64,000 bases of DNA from Deltaproteobacteria bacterium (GTDB lineage Bacteria; Desulfobacterota; Dissulfuribacteria; Dissulfuribacterales; QOAL01), in NCBI GenBank assembly GCA_026995935.1, contig JALWNK010000023.1, forward strand, positions 73,399 through 137,398. The letters run 5' to 3'. Each line of letters starts with the position of its first letter. The first letter of the stretch is position 1. Both the position numbers and the translations under genes were made by a program. The notes beneath the pieces are model-generated. The model worked only from the letters and a program-made list of their open reading frames with translations, did no database searches and had not been told where the DNA came from. Of this stretch, positions 17,507-27,755 are shown piece by piece.

Positions 17507-18013
17507 TTAGGGGCCTTCATTTAACCTTCTGTTTCCTGGCCTCGGCCTTGCTAGGAGCCTTCTGGCCTGTCGCGCAAATCTTTGTGAAAAAAGAAGGTAT
17601 CGCGCAAGCTCTCTGGGTGTAAATACCTGCTCTAGTCTCCTTAGTTCCCTCTGTGGTATGCGGGCAAGGGCCACGTTTGTTTCGGTTATCTCTGTCATGA
17701 GGCGCTTTAGCTGAGCATCCGACATAGAGCCTGTTTCAAGGGCGTCTTTCAGCTTTCTAAGGAGTCTCCTGCGTTTCATTATTAGGGTCTCCCTTTCATC
17801 GTCGAACCTTTTTAAGATATCAAAGACCCTCTGAGCCCTGTTGCCCTTGAGGTTTAACTCCTCCATGAGCTGCCAGTTTCTGAGGGTAATGAGCCGTTCC
17901 TTTATCTCCTTTGCCCTTTGATTCCCGTGCTGGAACACTCCGCAAAAGGCGGAACTGTTTGTGAAAAAACCAAATAAAACAAGGGCCAATACTGTAACAT
18001 TTATTACTTTCAT
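17507..18013 (-). CDS. Periplasmic helical Spy/CpxP-like (LTxxQ-type) protein
   Basis: It has a signal peptide and Arg/Glu/Leu-rich helical repeats. It lies downstream of a sigma/anti-sigma pair. I prefer the start at MKVINV (18013), which has a GGAG SD. Confidence 0.45.
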   Translation of the reverse strand: MKVINVTVLALVLFGFFTNSSAFCGVFQHGNQRAKEIKERLITLRNWQLMEELNLKGNRAQRVFDILKRFDDERETLIMKRRRLLRKLKDALETGSMSDAQLKRLMTEITETNVALARIPQRELRRLEQVFTPRELARYLLFSQRFARQARRLLARPRPGNRRLNEGP

Positions 18014-18086
18014 GTCTTTTCTCCTGCCTCGTAAATTCAAAATAGTTGTATTCCTTAATTTTACTTTTTAGACATTCCTCAAATAA

Positions 18087-18713
18087 TCAGGCCCTCTTGG
18101 GGGCAACCAACGAAACACTACCGGTTTTGTCTTTACTTGCCGGCCCTTTCATTTCCATACCCTGCTCATCCTGGCCTGCCTCATCGAGGACGCCGCTCCA
18201 GGAATCAGAAACACCAGTTAGAAGGTATGGATCTGTCAATTCATCATCATCCATGTCTGTCTTGGGGGACGCCGTGGCAATTTCGTTTGTTGGCAGATCA
18301 ACTTCAAAGGGGTCTGACTGGTCAAACATGGCCACAATATCTTGAGCGGCAGGAAACCTTGTTACCTTATGCGGTTGACCATGAAATAAGAAAAAAAGCG
18401 CCACTAAAGAGGCTGCCAAGGCTCCTGCCCAGGCAAAGGGCCGTGGAAAGAGGCCTTGATACCACTTTTTCTCATCGGGTCTTTTGATTTGTGAACGGAC
18501 CTCTCTTCTCATGTCCTGCCAGAAAGAGGGATCCATGTCTTTGTGAATGTCTTCCCTTAACTGGGAAAATCCTTGGCTAATACCATCCCACTGCCTTGCA
18601 CACCTCTTGCATTTTCTGAGATGTTCTTTAAGAGGCCCTGATGTCTCGAGACGTTCTAGTTCATGGTCTTCCAGATGTGTACAGGCCTTTTGCCAAAATT
18701 CTCTGCATTTCAT
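18087..18713 (-). CDS. Anti-sigma factor (zf-HC2 type, single-pass membrane)
   Basis: The N-terminus has the motif C..(x)..H..(x)..CKRC, and there is a central TM helix (AWAGALAASLVALFFLF). It overlaps the sigma gene stop by 4 nt. Confidence 0.6.
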   Translation of the reverse strand: MKCREFWQKACTHLEDHELERLETSGPLKEHLRKCKRCARQWDGISQGFSQLREDIHKDMDPSFWQDMRREVRSQIKRPDEKKWYQGLFPRPFAWAGALAASLVALFFLFHGQPHKVTRFPAAQDIVAMFDQSDPFEVDLPTNEIATASPKTDMDDDELTDPYLLTGVSDSWSGVLDEAGQDEQGMEMKGPASKDKTGSVSLVAPKRA

Positions 18714-19255
18714 GGTCTAAGCCCCCTTTGGGCCATTAGTGCCCTAAGCGCCTTTAATCCAAAATGAAAGTTTGTTCTTGCAGTCTTTTCCTTCATGTCA
18801 AGGAGGTGTGAAATTTCCTTGAAAGAAAGCCCTTTTAAGAGCCTCAAACCTACCACTTCCTGCTGTCGTGGGGGAAGCGACAGGAGCGCCTCTTTTAGAT
18901 GTCTCTTTATCTCTCTGTCCATCATTCTTCTTTCAGGGGTGACTTCCGTGCCTTTTGCCGTCCACGGCTCAAGGGCCAGGTGTTTTCTCCTGGTCCTCAA
19001 ATGGTCCCTTGCAAGGTTGACTGCTATCTTTAAAAGCCAGCCTCTGAAATTGTCCTTTTTTCGAAGCCTTTTAAGGTTGTTGAATGCCTTTATAAAGGCC
19101 TTTTGGGTCACATCCTTTGCATCTTCAACATCGAGTACCATTGACCTGACCAGGTAAAAAACCTGTTCCTGGTACCTTGTCATCAATGCTGAAAAGGCCC
19201 TTTCGTCTCCATCATGAAGCCATGCATTTATGAGGTCCGAGTCGTTTCCTGTCAT
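18710..19255 (-). CDS. ECF (group IV) sigma-70 family factor
   Basis: 181 aa. Region 2 reads VEDAKDVTQKAFIKAF...FRGWLLKIAVN and region 4 reads QQEVVGLRLLKGLSFKEISHLL. Confidence 0.85.
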   Translation of the reverse strand: MTGNDSDLINAWLHDGDERAFSALMTRYQEQVFYLVRSMVLDVEDAKDVTQKAFIKAFNNLKRLRKKDNFRGWLLKIAVNLARDHLRTRRKHLALEPWTAKGTEVTPERRMMDREIKRHLKEALLSLPPRQQEVVGLRLLKGLSFKEISHLLDMKEKTARTNFHFGLKALRALMAQRGLRP

Positions 19256-19360
19256 CTATGGTTAAGACGAAGAATACACCAGATGGTTTAAAGAAAAGTT
19301 CATGAAAATTTCAAACTAATTGAGAGGCTCAAAGAAGACCGCAGGTTCGTTGGTAGTAGT

Positions 19361-20470
19361 CTAGTAAAGCCTCCTCTTAAAAAGCATGCCTGCAATGGCA
19401 AGTGAGACGATCCCAATGATTGCCATGGGAACGTACTGGGTCCAGAGCAGGTCAAAGCCTGCTCCCTGGAGAAAGACAGATCTTACGATAACCAGGATGT
19501 ACCTCATGGGATTTAGCAGGGTGAAGTCTTGGACGAGCTTTGGCATGTTGGCGATGGGAGTTGCAAAACCTGAAAGGACCACGGCAGGCACAAGGAACAT
19601 GAAGGCACCCATGAGGCCCTGCTGTTGGGTAAGGGAGATGGAGGATATCATAAGCCCAATGCCAATGGCAGACAGCAGAAAGGTAAAGAGCCCGGAGTAA
19701 AGCACCAGGAGGCTGCCCCTTAAGGGAATGTCAAACCAGAAACAAGTCACGAATATAATGAAGCTGCCCTCCACTAGCCCAATTATTAGCCCCGGAAGGG
19801 ATTTCCCCACAAGTATCTCAAAGGGAGTCATGGGAGTAACAAGGAGCTGGTCAAAGGTGCCTGCCTCCCTCTCCTTGGCAACAGAAAGGGCCGTGACCTC
19901 CAGGGTGACCACTATGGTCAAAAGGGCAACTATACCTGGAATGATGAACCAGTGGGAATCAAGCATCCTGTTAAACCACGAGCGGACCACCAGCCGTGCT
20001 GGGGGCCGGCCCCTGCCGTTTTCAGCCGCCCATGCCCTGTTAAAGTCAGCTATTATGGTGTGGACGTAGTTCAGGGCAATAAGGGCGGTGTTGGAGTTTC
20101 TTCCATCAAGGATTACCTGCAGGTTACCTGAGCCTCCCCTCAGGATATCCCTTGAAAAATCCCTGTGAAAGTGAAGGACTATCAAGGCCTTTTTTAGGTT
20201 TATGACAGGGGCTATCTGGCCGTCTGACTCCATTGTCCCTATAACCTTGAAGACCCTTGAGCCCTGGAACCTTGCAATCACGTCCCTTGAGATCTGACCT
20301 TGGTCCTCATTGTATATGGCAACGGGAACGTCTTTAAGGTCAAAGGTAGCCGCATAGCCAAAGACAATGATCTGGGCAATAGGTGGAAGAATAAGCACCA
20401 TGCGGCTTTTCTTGTTCTTAAGTATCCCAATGAATTCTTTTATGGTGAGTGCAAGGATTCTTCTTAGCAA
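19361..20470 (-). CDS. ABC-2 type transporter permease (YbhR/YhhJ-like)
   Basis: 369 aa with an N-terminal cytoplasmic segment, one TM helix, a large periplasmic loop and a C-terminal 5-TM ABC-2 domain. Confidence 0.8.
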   Translation of the reverse strand: MLRRILALTIKEFIGILKNKKSRMVLILPPIAQIIVFGYAATFDLKDVPVAIYNEDQGQISRDVIARFQGSRVFKVIGTMESDGQIAPVINLKKALIVLHFHRDFSRDILRGGSGNLQVILDGRNSNTALIALNYVHTIIADFNRAWAAENGRGRPPARLVVRSWFNRMLDSHWFIIPGIVALLTIVVTLEVTALSVAKEREAGTFDQLLVTPMTPFEILVGKSLPGLIIGLVEGSFIIFVTCFWFDIPLRGSLLVLYSGLFTFLLSAIGIGLMISSISLTQQQGLMGAFMFLVPAVVLSGFATPIANMPKLVQDFTLLNPMRYILVIVRSVFLQGAGFDLLWTQYVPMAIIGIVSLAIAGMLFKRRLY

Positions 20471-20488
20471 GGTGCCTCCTGCTTGGCT

Positions 20489-21631
20489 CTAAATAAGTCT
20501 TTTGTGCGATTTTTTCCTTATTATCTTGAAAAACACCATGGCCATGCCTGCAAGCCACAAACAGTTAACTATGTAAATGGGCCATATGTTGCCTGCAAGG
20601 AACAGGCTCTGGAGAATGCTTACGAAATATCTTGCTGCAACAATATGGGTTATTATCTGAATGGGGTAGGGCATGGAATTTATGTCAAATACAAAGCCTG
20701 AAAGCATAAACGCTGGAAGAAAGGTGATTACTATTGCTATCTGTCCTGCAACGAACTGGCTTCCAGCAGCCGTGGATATGATAAGCCCAAGGGCAATTGC
20801 CGTCAGCATAAAGAGGGACGAGGCAAAGCCAAGGGCAAGGTAGGAGCCTCTAAAGGGGACGTGAAACACCACTATGGCGATGAATACGGAAAGAACCATG
20901 CCGCCCATTCCAAGAAAGAAGTATGGTATCACCTTTCCCAGGATTATTTCCTTGACCCTTACAGGGGTAACCAGAAGGGCCTCCATGGTACCGCGCTCCC
21001 ACTCCCTGGCAACCACCATGGAGGTGAGCATGCCACCTATCAAGGTCATGATTACGGCAATAAGGCCAGGAACGAGGAAGTTTCTGCTTCTTACTGCAGA
21101 GTTAAACCATATCCGGTGCTTTACCCTGATAGGCACCTTTAGGGCAAGGCCGTGGCTTCTGGCATAGGATACGAGCCATTTCATCCACACCCCAGTGATG
21201 TAGCCCTCAACTATCCTTGCCTGGTTTGCATCTACCCCGTTTACAATGACTCCTATGGGGGCCTCAGAGCTTGAAAACAAGGTCCTTGCAAAGTCGCTTC
21301 TCGTCCAAACAATTCCCATTATCTTTCTTTCAATAAGGGCCTTTTCTGCCTCCTGGATAGAGGGATAAAAGATTGGGTCAAAATATTCGGAATCCTGGAA
21401 TCCTGCCATGAACTCGTTGGCCTCAGGCCCTGGATGCTCAATCACAAGCCCCAAGGGCACGTGTTCTGCATCAAGGGATACGCCGTAGCCAAAAATAATC
21501 AGCAGTATGACTGGCAGAAAAAAGGCAATGCCGATGCTGGACGGGTCTCTTATTATCTGCTTGACTTCCTTTCTTATAAGGCCTTTAAGGCGCATCCTGG
21601 AAAGGCTGCTTTCGTTTCGTAAAGAAGTCAT
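20489..21631 (-). CDS. ABC-2 type transporter permease (YbhS-like)
   Basis: 380 aa and paralogous in architecture to 19361..20470. Confidence 0.8.
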   Translation of the reverse strand: MTSLRNESSLSRMRLKGLIRKEVKQIIRDPSSIGIAFFLPVILLIIFGYGVSLDAEHVPLGLVIEHPGPEANEFMAGFQDSEYFDPIFYPSIQEAEKALIERKIMGIVWTRSDFARTLFSSSEAPIGVIVNGVDANQARIVEGYITGVWMKWLVSYARSHGLALKVPIRVKHRIWFNSAVRSRNFLVPGLIAVIMTLIGGMLTSMVVAREWERGTMEALLVTPVRVKEIILGKVIPYFFLGMGGMVLSVFIAIVVFHVPFRGSYLALGFASSLFMLTAIALGLIISTAAGSQFVAGQIAIVITFLPAFMLSGFVFDINSMPYPIQIITHIVAARYFVSILQSLFLAGNIWPIYIVNCLWLAGMAMVFFKIIRKKSHKRLI

Positions 21632-21632
21632 T

Positions 21633-23402
21633 TTAGGCAGCCTCCTTCATCTCTATAAGGGTAATGAAGGTGTCTTCCATGGTGGGGTTTGTAACTCCAG
21701 GAGGATGATACCTGGACTTTAACTCCTCAGGGGTACCCTTTGCCAGTATGCGCCCACGCTTCATTATGACCACCCTGTCGCAGTATTCTGCCTCTTCCAT
21801 GAAGTGCGTTGTCACCATTATTGTAACGCCAGCCTCTGCCAGGGAGTTTATGTGGGCCCAAAACTGTCTGCGGGCCAATGGGTCAACCCCGGAAGTGGGC
21901 TCATCAAGAAAGATAATATCAGGTTCGTGCATGAGAGCTGCCGCAAGGGCAAGCCGTTGCTTGAAGCCCAAGGGAAGATCGCGGCTTATGCTGTTTTCCT
22001 CCTCCTTTAAATCAAATGCGTCAAGTGCCCACTGGACGCGTTCCGTCTGCCGTTTGCCATGAAGGCCATAGGCGCTTGAGAAGAAGTTGAGGTTCTGGAT
22101 TACGGTCAGATCCTCGTAGAGAGAGAACTTCTGGGCCATGTATCCGATTCGTTCCCTGGCCTTTGCCCGGGCCTTCCTAAGGTTTTTCCCAGCCACGTAA
22201 AGCTCCCCTTCAGAGGCAGGGAGAAGCCCGCACAGCATCCTGAAGGTGGTTGTCTTTCCTGCTCCGTTTGCACCCAAAAGGCCAAAGACCTCCCCCCTTT
22301 TTACAGTAAAGCTTATTCCGTTTACTGCATAGAAGTCTCCGAAACGCCTCTTGAGATTCTTCACCACAATGACCTCATCATCCGGGCTGCCGGCCACCTT
22401 CTTGTGGGTGATGATCTTGAACTTTACGCTTCTTCCAAGGCTTACCAGCCTCTTTTTCAAAAGGTAAATGAAGGCGTCTTCAAAACGGGGCTCAGACCCT
22501 TCAATTTCAATGTCCTCTGAAAGGTTAAAGGTCTTTCTAACATCCTGTGACCCCATTTCATCCATTATCACAAGGCGGATTTTCTCTCCCAGGATAAGCG
22601 CGTCTATGACCTCGTCCCTGTTGGCAAGCTCCCTTTGAATCTGCCTTTTCTTCCCCTTGGGCCCCTTCAGCATGAAGCAGTGACCGGAAAGGGGCCTGCT
22701 GAAACTTGATGGCACCCCTTGGCCAAGCACATGGCCCTCATGCATCAAGATGACCTCCTGGCACCTTTCTGCCTCGTCAAGGTATGCAGTGCTCAGAAGA
22801 ACACTCATTCCCTGCTCCTTGACCTGGGAGTAAACGATTTGCCAAAGCTCCCTTCTTGACACAGGGTCAACACCCACTGTGGGCTCATCAAGGATAAGAA
22901 GCCTCGGGGGCTTAATGAGGGTGCAGGCAAGCCCGAGTTTCTGTTTCATGCCTCCAGAAAGCCTGCCTGCAAGCCTTCCCATAAATGGGGCAAGGCCAGT
23001 CATTTTCATGAGGATGTCGTATCTCGCCTGTCTTTTATCAGGGGGGACGCCTAGAAGGTCTGAATAGAGGTCCAGGTTTTCCTGGACTGTAAGGTCCTCA
23101 TAGAGGCCAAACCTCTGGGGCATGTAGCGTATGTTGGCCTGTACATCCAGAAAGTCAGAGGTTGCATCAAAACCAAGGACCTTTAGGCTTCCCGCATCCG
23201 GGACGAGAAGGCCTGAGCAGAGCCTCATGAACGTGGTCTTTCCCGCGCCGTCCGGGCCTATGAGCCCTGTAACAATTCCTGATTTTACTTTGAATGAACA
23301 GTCGTCAAGGGCAACAATGGTCTTTTTGCCAGAGATGAAGTGTTTTCTGACGCCAGAGGCAACTATGCAGAAGTCGTCTTGCCTTGGCTGGGACTGGTCC
23401 AT
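21633..23402 (-). CDS. ABC transporter ATP-binding protein with two fused ATPase domains (YbhF-like)
   Basis: Two Walker A motifs (GPDGAGKTT, GANGAGKTT), two signature motifs (LSGGMKQK, LPLGFKQR) and two Walker B motifs (LILDEPT, IFLDEPT). Confidence 0.9.
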   Translation of the reverse strand: MDQSQPRQDDFCIVASGVRKHFISGKKTIVALDDCSFKVKSGIVTGLIGPDGAGKTTFMRLCSGLLVPDAGSLKVLGFDATSDFLDVQANIRYMPQRFGLYEDLTVQENLDLYSDLLGVPPDKRQARYDILMKMTGLAPFMGRLAGRLSGGMKQKLGLACTLIKPPRLLILDEPTVGVDPVSRRELWQIVYSQVKEQGMSVLLSTAYLDEAERCQEVILMHEGHVLGQGVPSSFSRPLSGHCFMLKGPKGKKRQIQRELANRDEVIDALILGEKIRLVIMDEMGSQDVRKTFNLSEDIEIEGSEPRFEDAFIYLLKKRLVSLGRSVKFKIITHKKVAGSPDDEVIVVKNLKRRFGDFYAVNGISFTVKRGEVFGLLGANGAGKTTTFRMLCGLLPASEGELYVAGKNLRKARAKARERIGYMAQKFSLYEDLTVIQNLNFFSSAYGLHGKRQTERVQWALDAFDLKEEENSISRDLPLGFKQRLALAAALMHEPDIIFLDEPTSGVDPLARRQFWAHINSLAEAGVTIMVTTHFMEEAEYCDRVVIMKRGRILAKGTPEELKSRYHPPGVTNPTMEDTFITLIEMKEAA

Positions 23403-23410
23403 GACCTTGC

Positions 23411-24466
23411 CTACTGGTTTTCTTTGGCTTCTTCGCAGATTTCAGATGGTCTTATTGGGCCTTTAAGTTTCTTGCCGGTTAGATCCACCTTGACCGTTGC
23501 GGGCATTCCAAGCCTTAGCTTGTTCTGGGAATTGCATACGTAGACCCGCACCTGGTAAACGAGCCTTGTTCGAAGATCAGGGGTTTCAACATTTCTGGGG
23601 GTAAACTCAGCAGTTGGGGAGATGTATCCTATCCATCCCTTGAATTCTTCGTCAGGGTAGCTGTCAACGTTAACGGTGGCCTTCATGCCAAGGGCGATCT
23701 TTCCAAGCTCAGGCTCTGGCACGTAGGCACGCACCCATAGTGGGTCGGTAAGGGCAAGGGTAAAGACTGGCCTTTCAGGAAAGGCCATATCTCCCGGCTC
23801 AAGTATCCTGTCGCGGATTATGCCCTTTGCCGGTGCATATAGCCTTGAATCCTTGAGCTTTTCACGGGCAAGTTTAAGGGCGTTTTTTAGCGATCCAAGC
23901 CGAGCCTCTGCAGCCCTTATGTCTTCAACTCTGGGGCCTTCAAGGGCCAGGGAATATATCTCTTTTGCCTCCTTAAGGGCAGCACGTGCCATGTCGAGCC
24001 GGGCCTGGGCATCGTCCAGCTGCTGCCTGGAGACGTACTTGGTTTTTGAAAGCTCCTTTAGCCTCTTAAAGGTTATAAGGGCATCTCTTACCGCAGCCTC
24101 TTCCTTCATGACCCTTGCATGGGCAGCCTTTATCTCCTGGGGCCTGGAGCCATTGTGCATTCTGGTGACAACCTGTTCCTGGGCGGCAACATCCTTTTCA
24201 AGCTTACCCACTGCTGCCTTCAGCCTGCTGTCATCAAGGGTTCCCAAAAGATCCCCCGCCTTGACCGTGGCCCCTTCGTCAACCAGGAGCTTTTCTATCC
24301 GTCCCTCGTCGTAAAAGGCAAGCTGCACCTGCCTGATATCAATATTGCCGTATATGGTAAGGACGCCGCTATTACCCCTGTTTTCTTCCCGCTGGTATAG
24401 GCGGTAAGCAAGCACTGCCAGCAAAACGACCACTATCAGAATAGCAATTCTCTTCTTTTTAGCCAT
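23411..24466 (-). CDS. HlyD-family membrane fusion protein (YbhG-like)
   Basis: An N-terminal TM anchor, a coiled-coil hairpin region and a beta-barrel domain. It sits immediately upstream of the ABC genes. Confidence 0.8.
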   Translation of the reverse strand: MAKKKRIAILIVVVLLAVLAYRLYQREENRGNSGVLTIYGNIDIRQVQLAFYDEGRIEKLLVDEGATVKAGDLLGTLDDSRLKAAVGKLEKDVAAQEQVVTRMHNGSRPQEIKAAHARVMKEEAAVRDALITFKRLKELSKTKYVSRQQLDDAQARLDMARAALKEAKEIYSLALEGPRVEDIRAAEARLGSLKNALKLAREKLKDSRLYAPAKGIIRDRILEPGDMAFPERPVFTLALTDPLWVRAYVPEPELGKIALGMKATVNVDSYPDEEFKGWIGYISPTAEFTPRNVETPDLRTRLVYQVRVYVCNSQNKLRLGMPATVKVDLTGKKLKGPIRPSEICEEAKENQ

Positions 24467-25832
24467 TTTTTGAATCCTTCTCCTCTGGCTGCCTTTTTAG
24501 CAAACCTTCCAGGGACCTTAGATCTGCCTCCCCAATGGTCCCGGAAGCGCTCTTTAGCAGAATCCTGGCCTTTAGATGGTTATAAAGGGCATGGAAGTAC
24601 TGCTTCTTTCTGAATATGTATTTGTCCGTCTGATCAAGGACATCTATTACATCCCTGGTTCCCACCTCGTAACCCTTGTTGGTGGCATCCATGGAGACCT
24701 TGGCGGATTCAAGGGCTAGGGTGGCGGCATCCACCAGGGCTACGCTGTCCTTGAGCCTGGAAAAGGCGTTTTTCGTTTGAAGGGTTACAACGTCCCTGAA
24801 ATGGTCAAGCCTGTGCCTTGCTGCAACCGCCTCTTCCTGTGCCCTTTGAACCTTTGCGCCTATTGAGCCGCCAAGGTAAAGGGGAAACGTGAATTTAAAT
24901 ACGCCATGGGCCTCCCGGTAAATGACATCGGGAAGGAACTGTCCGTTTGCGTAGTCTGCCACAGCCTCAAGGTCTATCCGTGGCCACCTGGCCCTCTTTT
25001 CATGTTCCACCCTCTGGGTTGCAAGAAGTAGTCTCTTGCTTGCCTCCTTGAGAATGGGCTGGTTGTCAAGGGCTGCCTGTATCCACTTATGCGGATCATC
25101 TGGGTCGGGCGGAACAGGGGTGAACCTTCGCACGTCGAGGATTTCTCCCACCTGGGTGTGGGTAACGATGGAAAGGTTTGTTCTTTTTACAGAAACGAGG
25201 TTTTTGGCCTGGATTACAGCCGCTTTTGCAGAATCAAGGCGTGCCTCAGCCTCCTTGACAGAGACTATGTCTCCTGTTCCCACCTTGAGGAAGGTCCTGG
25301 CCCTGTCAAGGACCTTCCTGTCAAGCCTGACCCTGTCCTTAGCAGCCTTTAACTGCGCCTTTGCATCAAGAAGATCAAGGTAGGCTATTGCCACCCTCCT
25401 GATTAATTCCTGTTTGGCAAAAAGGAGCTGGGCCTCCTGAGCACTGATAATGCTTTGCGCCATCTTTAGGCTGACATAGGCCTGCCCGTTAAATATTGGC
25501 TGAATGAGTCTTGCCCCGTAATTGTCCCCCCAGTAGTCTTTTTTGATATCCCTTGGGCCAATGCCCGATATGTTCTTGTCGTAGTATCCCTGGCCCATTG
25601 AGGCCTCAAGATGCGGCATAAGCTGGGACCGGGCAAGGGGTTTTTCAGCGAAAGATGCCTTGAGCTTTGCCTCAGCCTCTAAAACGAGTGGATCTTTCTT
25701 TACCGCATTGGTGTAGAGGCCCCAAACGGAGTCAAATCCGTAAGAGGTGTCAGCTAACAAGATTAAGAAGATAAAAAAAATTAGAAAAGTAAAATCAACG
25801 TTATTATAATGATACCTAGGTTTCATATGCAT
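24459..25832 (-). CDS. TolC-family outer-membrane efflux protein
   Basis: 457 aa with a signal sequence and two internal coiled-coil repeats typical of the OEP family. It overlaps the HlyD-like gene by 8 nt. Confidence 0.75.
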   Translation of the reverse strand: MHMKPRYHYNNVDFTFLIFFIFLILLADTSYGFDSVWGLYTNAVKKDPLVLEAEAKLKASFAEKPLARSQLMPHLEASMGQGYYDKNISGIGPRDIKKDYWGDNYGARLIQPIFNGQAYVSLKMAQSIISAQEAQLLFAKQELIRRVAIAYLDLLDAKAQLKAAKDRVRLDRKVLDRARTFLKVGTGDIVSVKEAEARLDSAKAAVIQAKNLVSVKRTNLSIVTHTQVGEILDVRRFTPVPPDPDDPHKWIQAALDNQPILKEASKRLLLATQRVEHEKRARWPRIDLEAVADYANGQFLPDVIYREAHGVFKFTFPLYLGGSIGAKVQRAQEEAVAARHRLDHFRDVVTLQTKNAFSRLKDSVALVDAATLALESAKVSMDATNKGYEVGTRDVIDVLDQTDKYIFRKKQYFHALYNHLKARILLKSASGTIGEADLRSLEGLLKRQPEEKDSKNG

Positions 25833-25991
25833 TTTTATGAATATATATTGGTAAAGTGGCCAAAGCTCATTAGGATGAATAAATTTATATAAATTTCGTA
25901 AACAAATGAATAAACAAAACTACTTCAACAAAACCCTTTTCCATGATAGGTAGTTTTAATTTCCAAATCAAGTCTTTTCCAAAAAAATAAG

Positions 25992-27752
25992 GTGTTAAGT
26001 AAATCACTTTTTCTTAAACTGCTACTAATTTGTCTTTTTTTTATCCTTATGATTGCCAATGCGGAAGGTTCCTGCCAGGTGGAGGTGCAGGTTGACGGTG
26101 TAGAGGGCAAACTGCGCCAAAATGTGCTTTCACTTCTTGAGGTAAACAGAGAAAAGGGCAAGGAAGGGCTTACCACTGTAAGGGTAAGGCATCTTTTCAG
26201 AAAGGGCTACTTGGACATAAGAAAGGCCCTTATGCCCTTTGGCTATTTTAACCCCCGTGTAGAAGGAAATCTAAAACAAGAGTCTAATTGGTGTCACTTC
26301 AAGGTGAGCTACAATATCCACAAGGGACCCCTGACCAGGATTTCAGATGTTGAGGTCAGGATAACAGGGCCGGGAAAAGGGGGTTTAATACCTTTTGTGC
26401 AAAAAACATCCATTAAAACAGGTGATGTCTTCAGGCAGAAAAAGTACGAGGACTTTAAGAAAAACCTTATCTTAAAGGCCCAGGCCCTTGGCTATCTGGA
26501 CGCTCTATATAAACGGCGTGAGGTAATCGTTGACCCAAAGACAAACAGGGCCAGGATCATTCTCCATCTCTTTACAGGCAAAAGGTACCACTTTGGACCC
26601 TTAACCTTTAAAAGGACCATTCTTTCACCGGTCTTTTTAAGAAGGTTTTCAGACTTCAAGTATGGAGATCCCTTTGACGTATCCAGGCTTGGAAGATTAA
26701 AAACAAGGCTTCTTGATTCTGACTATTTTAGGGACGTACAGATAGATTACTCAAGGGAAAGTGCATCTAGAGAAAATTTCATACCTGTAACCGTTACATG
26801 TCCCATGAAGAGGCCAAACGTATTCAGGCTTGGTCTTGGGTACGTATCCGATGTTGGGCCGAGGGTGAGCCTTGAGTGGCAAAGGCGCTACCTTGGAAGA
26901 ATGGGGCACCATTTAAGGAGCCGGTTCCAGATTTCTCCGGAAGAGACACTTATCTCAGGCGAATACATGGTTCCTCTTAAAAGGCCCTATAGCGACTACC
27001 TGTCTTTAAAACCCTTTATAGAACACTACGACACCAGTTCAAGAAACGGCTGGAAGTACAACGTGGCCCTCCTTTATTCCACAGCCTTGAAAAATGGCTG
27101 GAGAAGAAACGCTGGTGTTAACTTTGGTTACGAGGATTACACCACAGGGGGTGAGACCAAGGACAGCAAGGAACTTAGACCATTTGTCTCATGGAATAAA
27201 TCAGTTGCAGACAACGTACTTTATGCAAACAGGGGCTATTCCATAAAGCTTGGTTTAAGCGGAGAACTGGGAGGGTTTTTCGCAGAAAAGACATACTTGA
27301 GTTCTCTTTTAAACACCCGCTTCATAAGGCGTTTTGCCAGGGACTACCGGTTCATAGGCCGTTTAGAGACAGGTGCCATAATCACCTCAAGGGTGGACAA
27401 GATACCATCCTCGGCAAGATTTTACGCAGGAGGCCAGGGTAGCATCAGGGGCTTTTCTCTTGAGGAGCTTGGCCCCAAAAACTCAAAGACCGGGGACGTT
27501 ATTGGGGGCAGATACCTTGCAGTTGGAAGCCTTGAGCTTGAAAGGCACATTTACAGGCTTCTAAGCGGGGCCATTTTTCTGGACGTTGGTAATAGCTTTG
27601 ACCCAGACTACGAAAACAGGATAGAGGTTGGGACAGGTTTTGGCCTGAGGCTCAAGACCATACTTGGGCCAGTAAGGCTGGATTTCGGCTTTGGTGTAAG
27701 CAGGCCTTCAGTACCCTTTAAATTTTATCTGAGTGTGGGGCCGGACTTCTAG
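25992..27752 (+). CDS. Omp85-family outer-membrane protein, TamA-like
   Basis: 586 aa with a signal peptide, POTRA-like N-terminal repeats and a C-terminal surface-antigen barrel (RFYAGGQGSIRGF, ending ..LSVGPDF). It is followed directly by a TamB-like gene. Confidence 0.7.
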   Translation: MLSKSLFLKLLLICLFFILMIANAEGSCQVEVQVDGVEGKLRQNVLSLLEVNREKGKEGLTTVRVRHLFRKGYLDIRKALMPFGYFNPRVEGNLKQESNWCHFKVSYNIHKGPLTRISDVEVRITGPGKGGLIPFVQKTSIKTGDVFRQKKYEDFKKNLILKAQALGYLDALYKRREVIVDPKTNRARIILHLFTGKRYHFGPLTFKRTILSPVFLRRFSDFKYGDPFDVSRLGRLKTRLLDSDYFRDVQIDYSRESASRENFIPVTVTCPMKRPNVFRLGLGYVSDVGPRVSLEWQRRYLGRMGHHLRSRFQISPEETLISGEYMVPLKRPYSDYLSLKPFIEHYDTSSRNGWKYNVALLYSTALKNGWRRNAGVNFGYEDYTTGGETKDSKELRPFVSWNKSVADNVLYANRGYSIKLGLSGELGGFFAEKTYLSSLLNTRFIRRFARDYRFIGRLETGAIITSRVDKIPSSARFYAGGQGSIRGFSLEELGPKNSKTGDVIGGRYLAVGSLELERHIYRLLSGAIFLDVGNSFDPDYENRIEVGTGFGLRLKTILGPVRLDFGFGVSRPSVPFKFYLSVGPDF

Positions 27753-27755
27753 AAT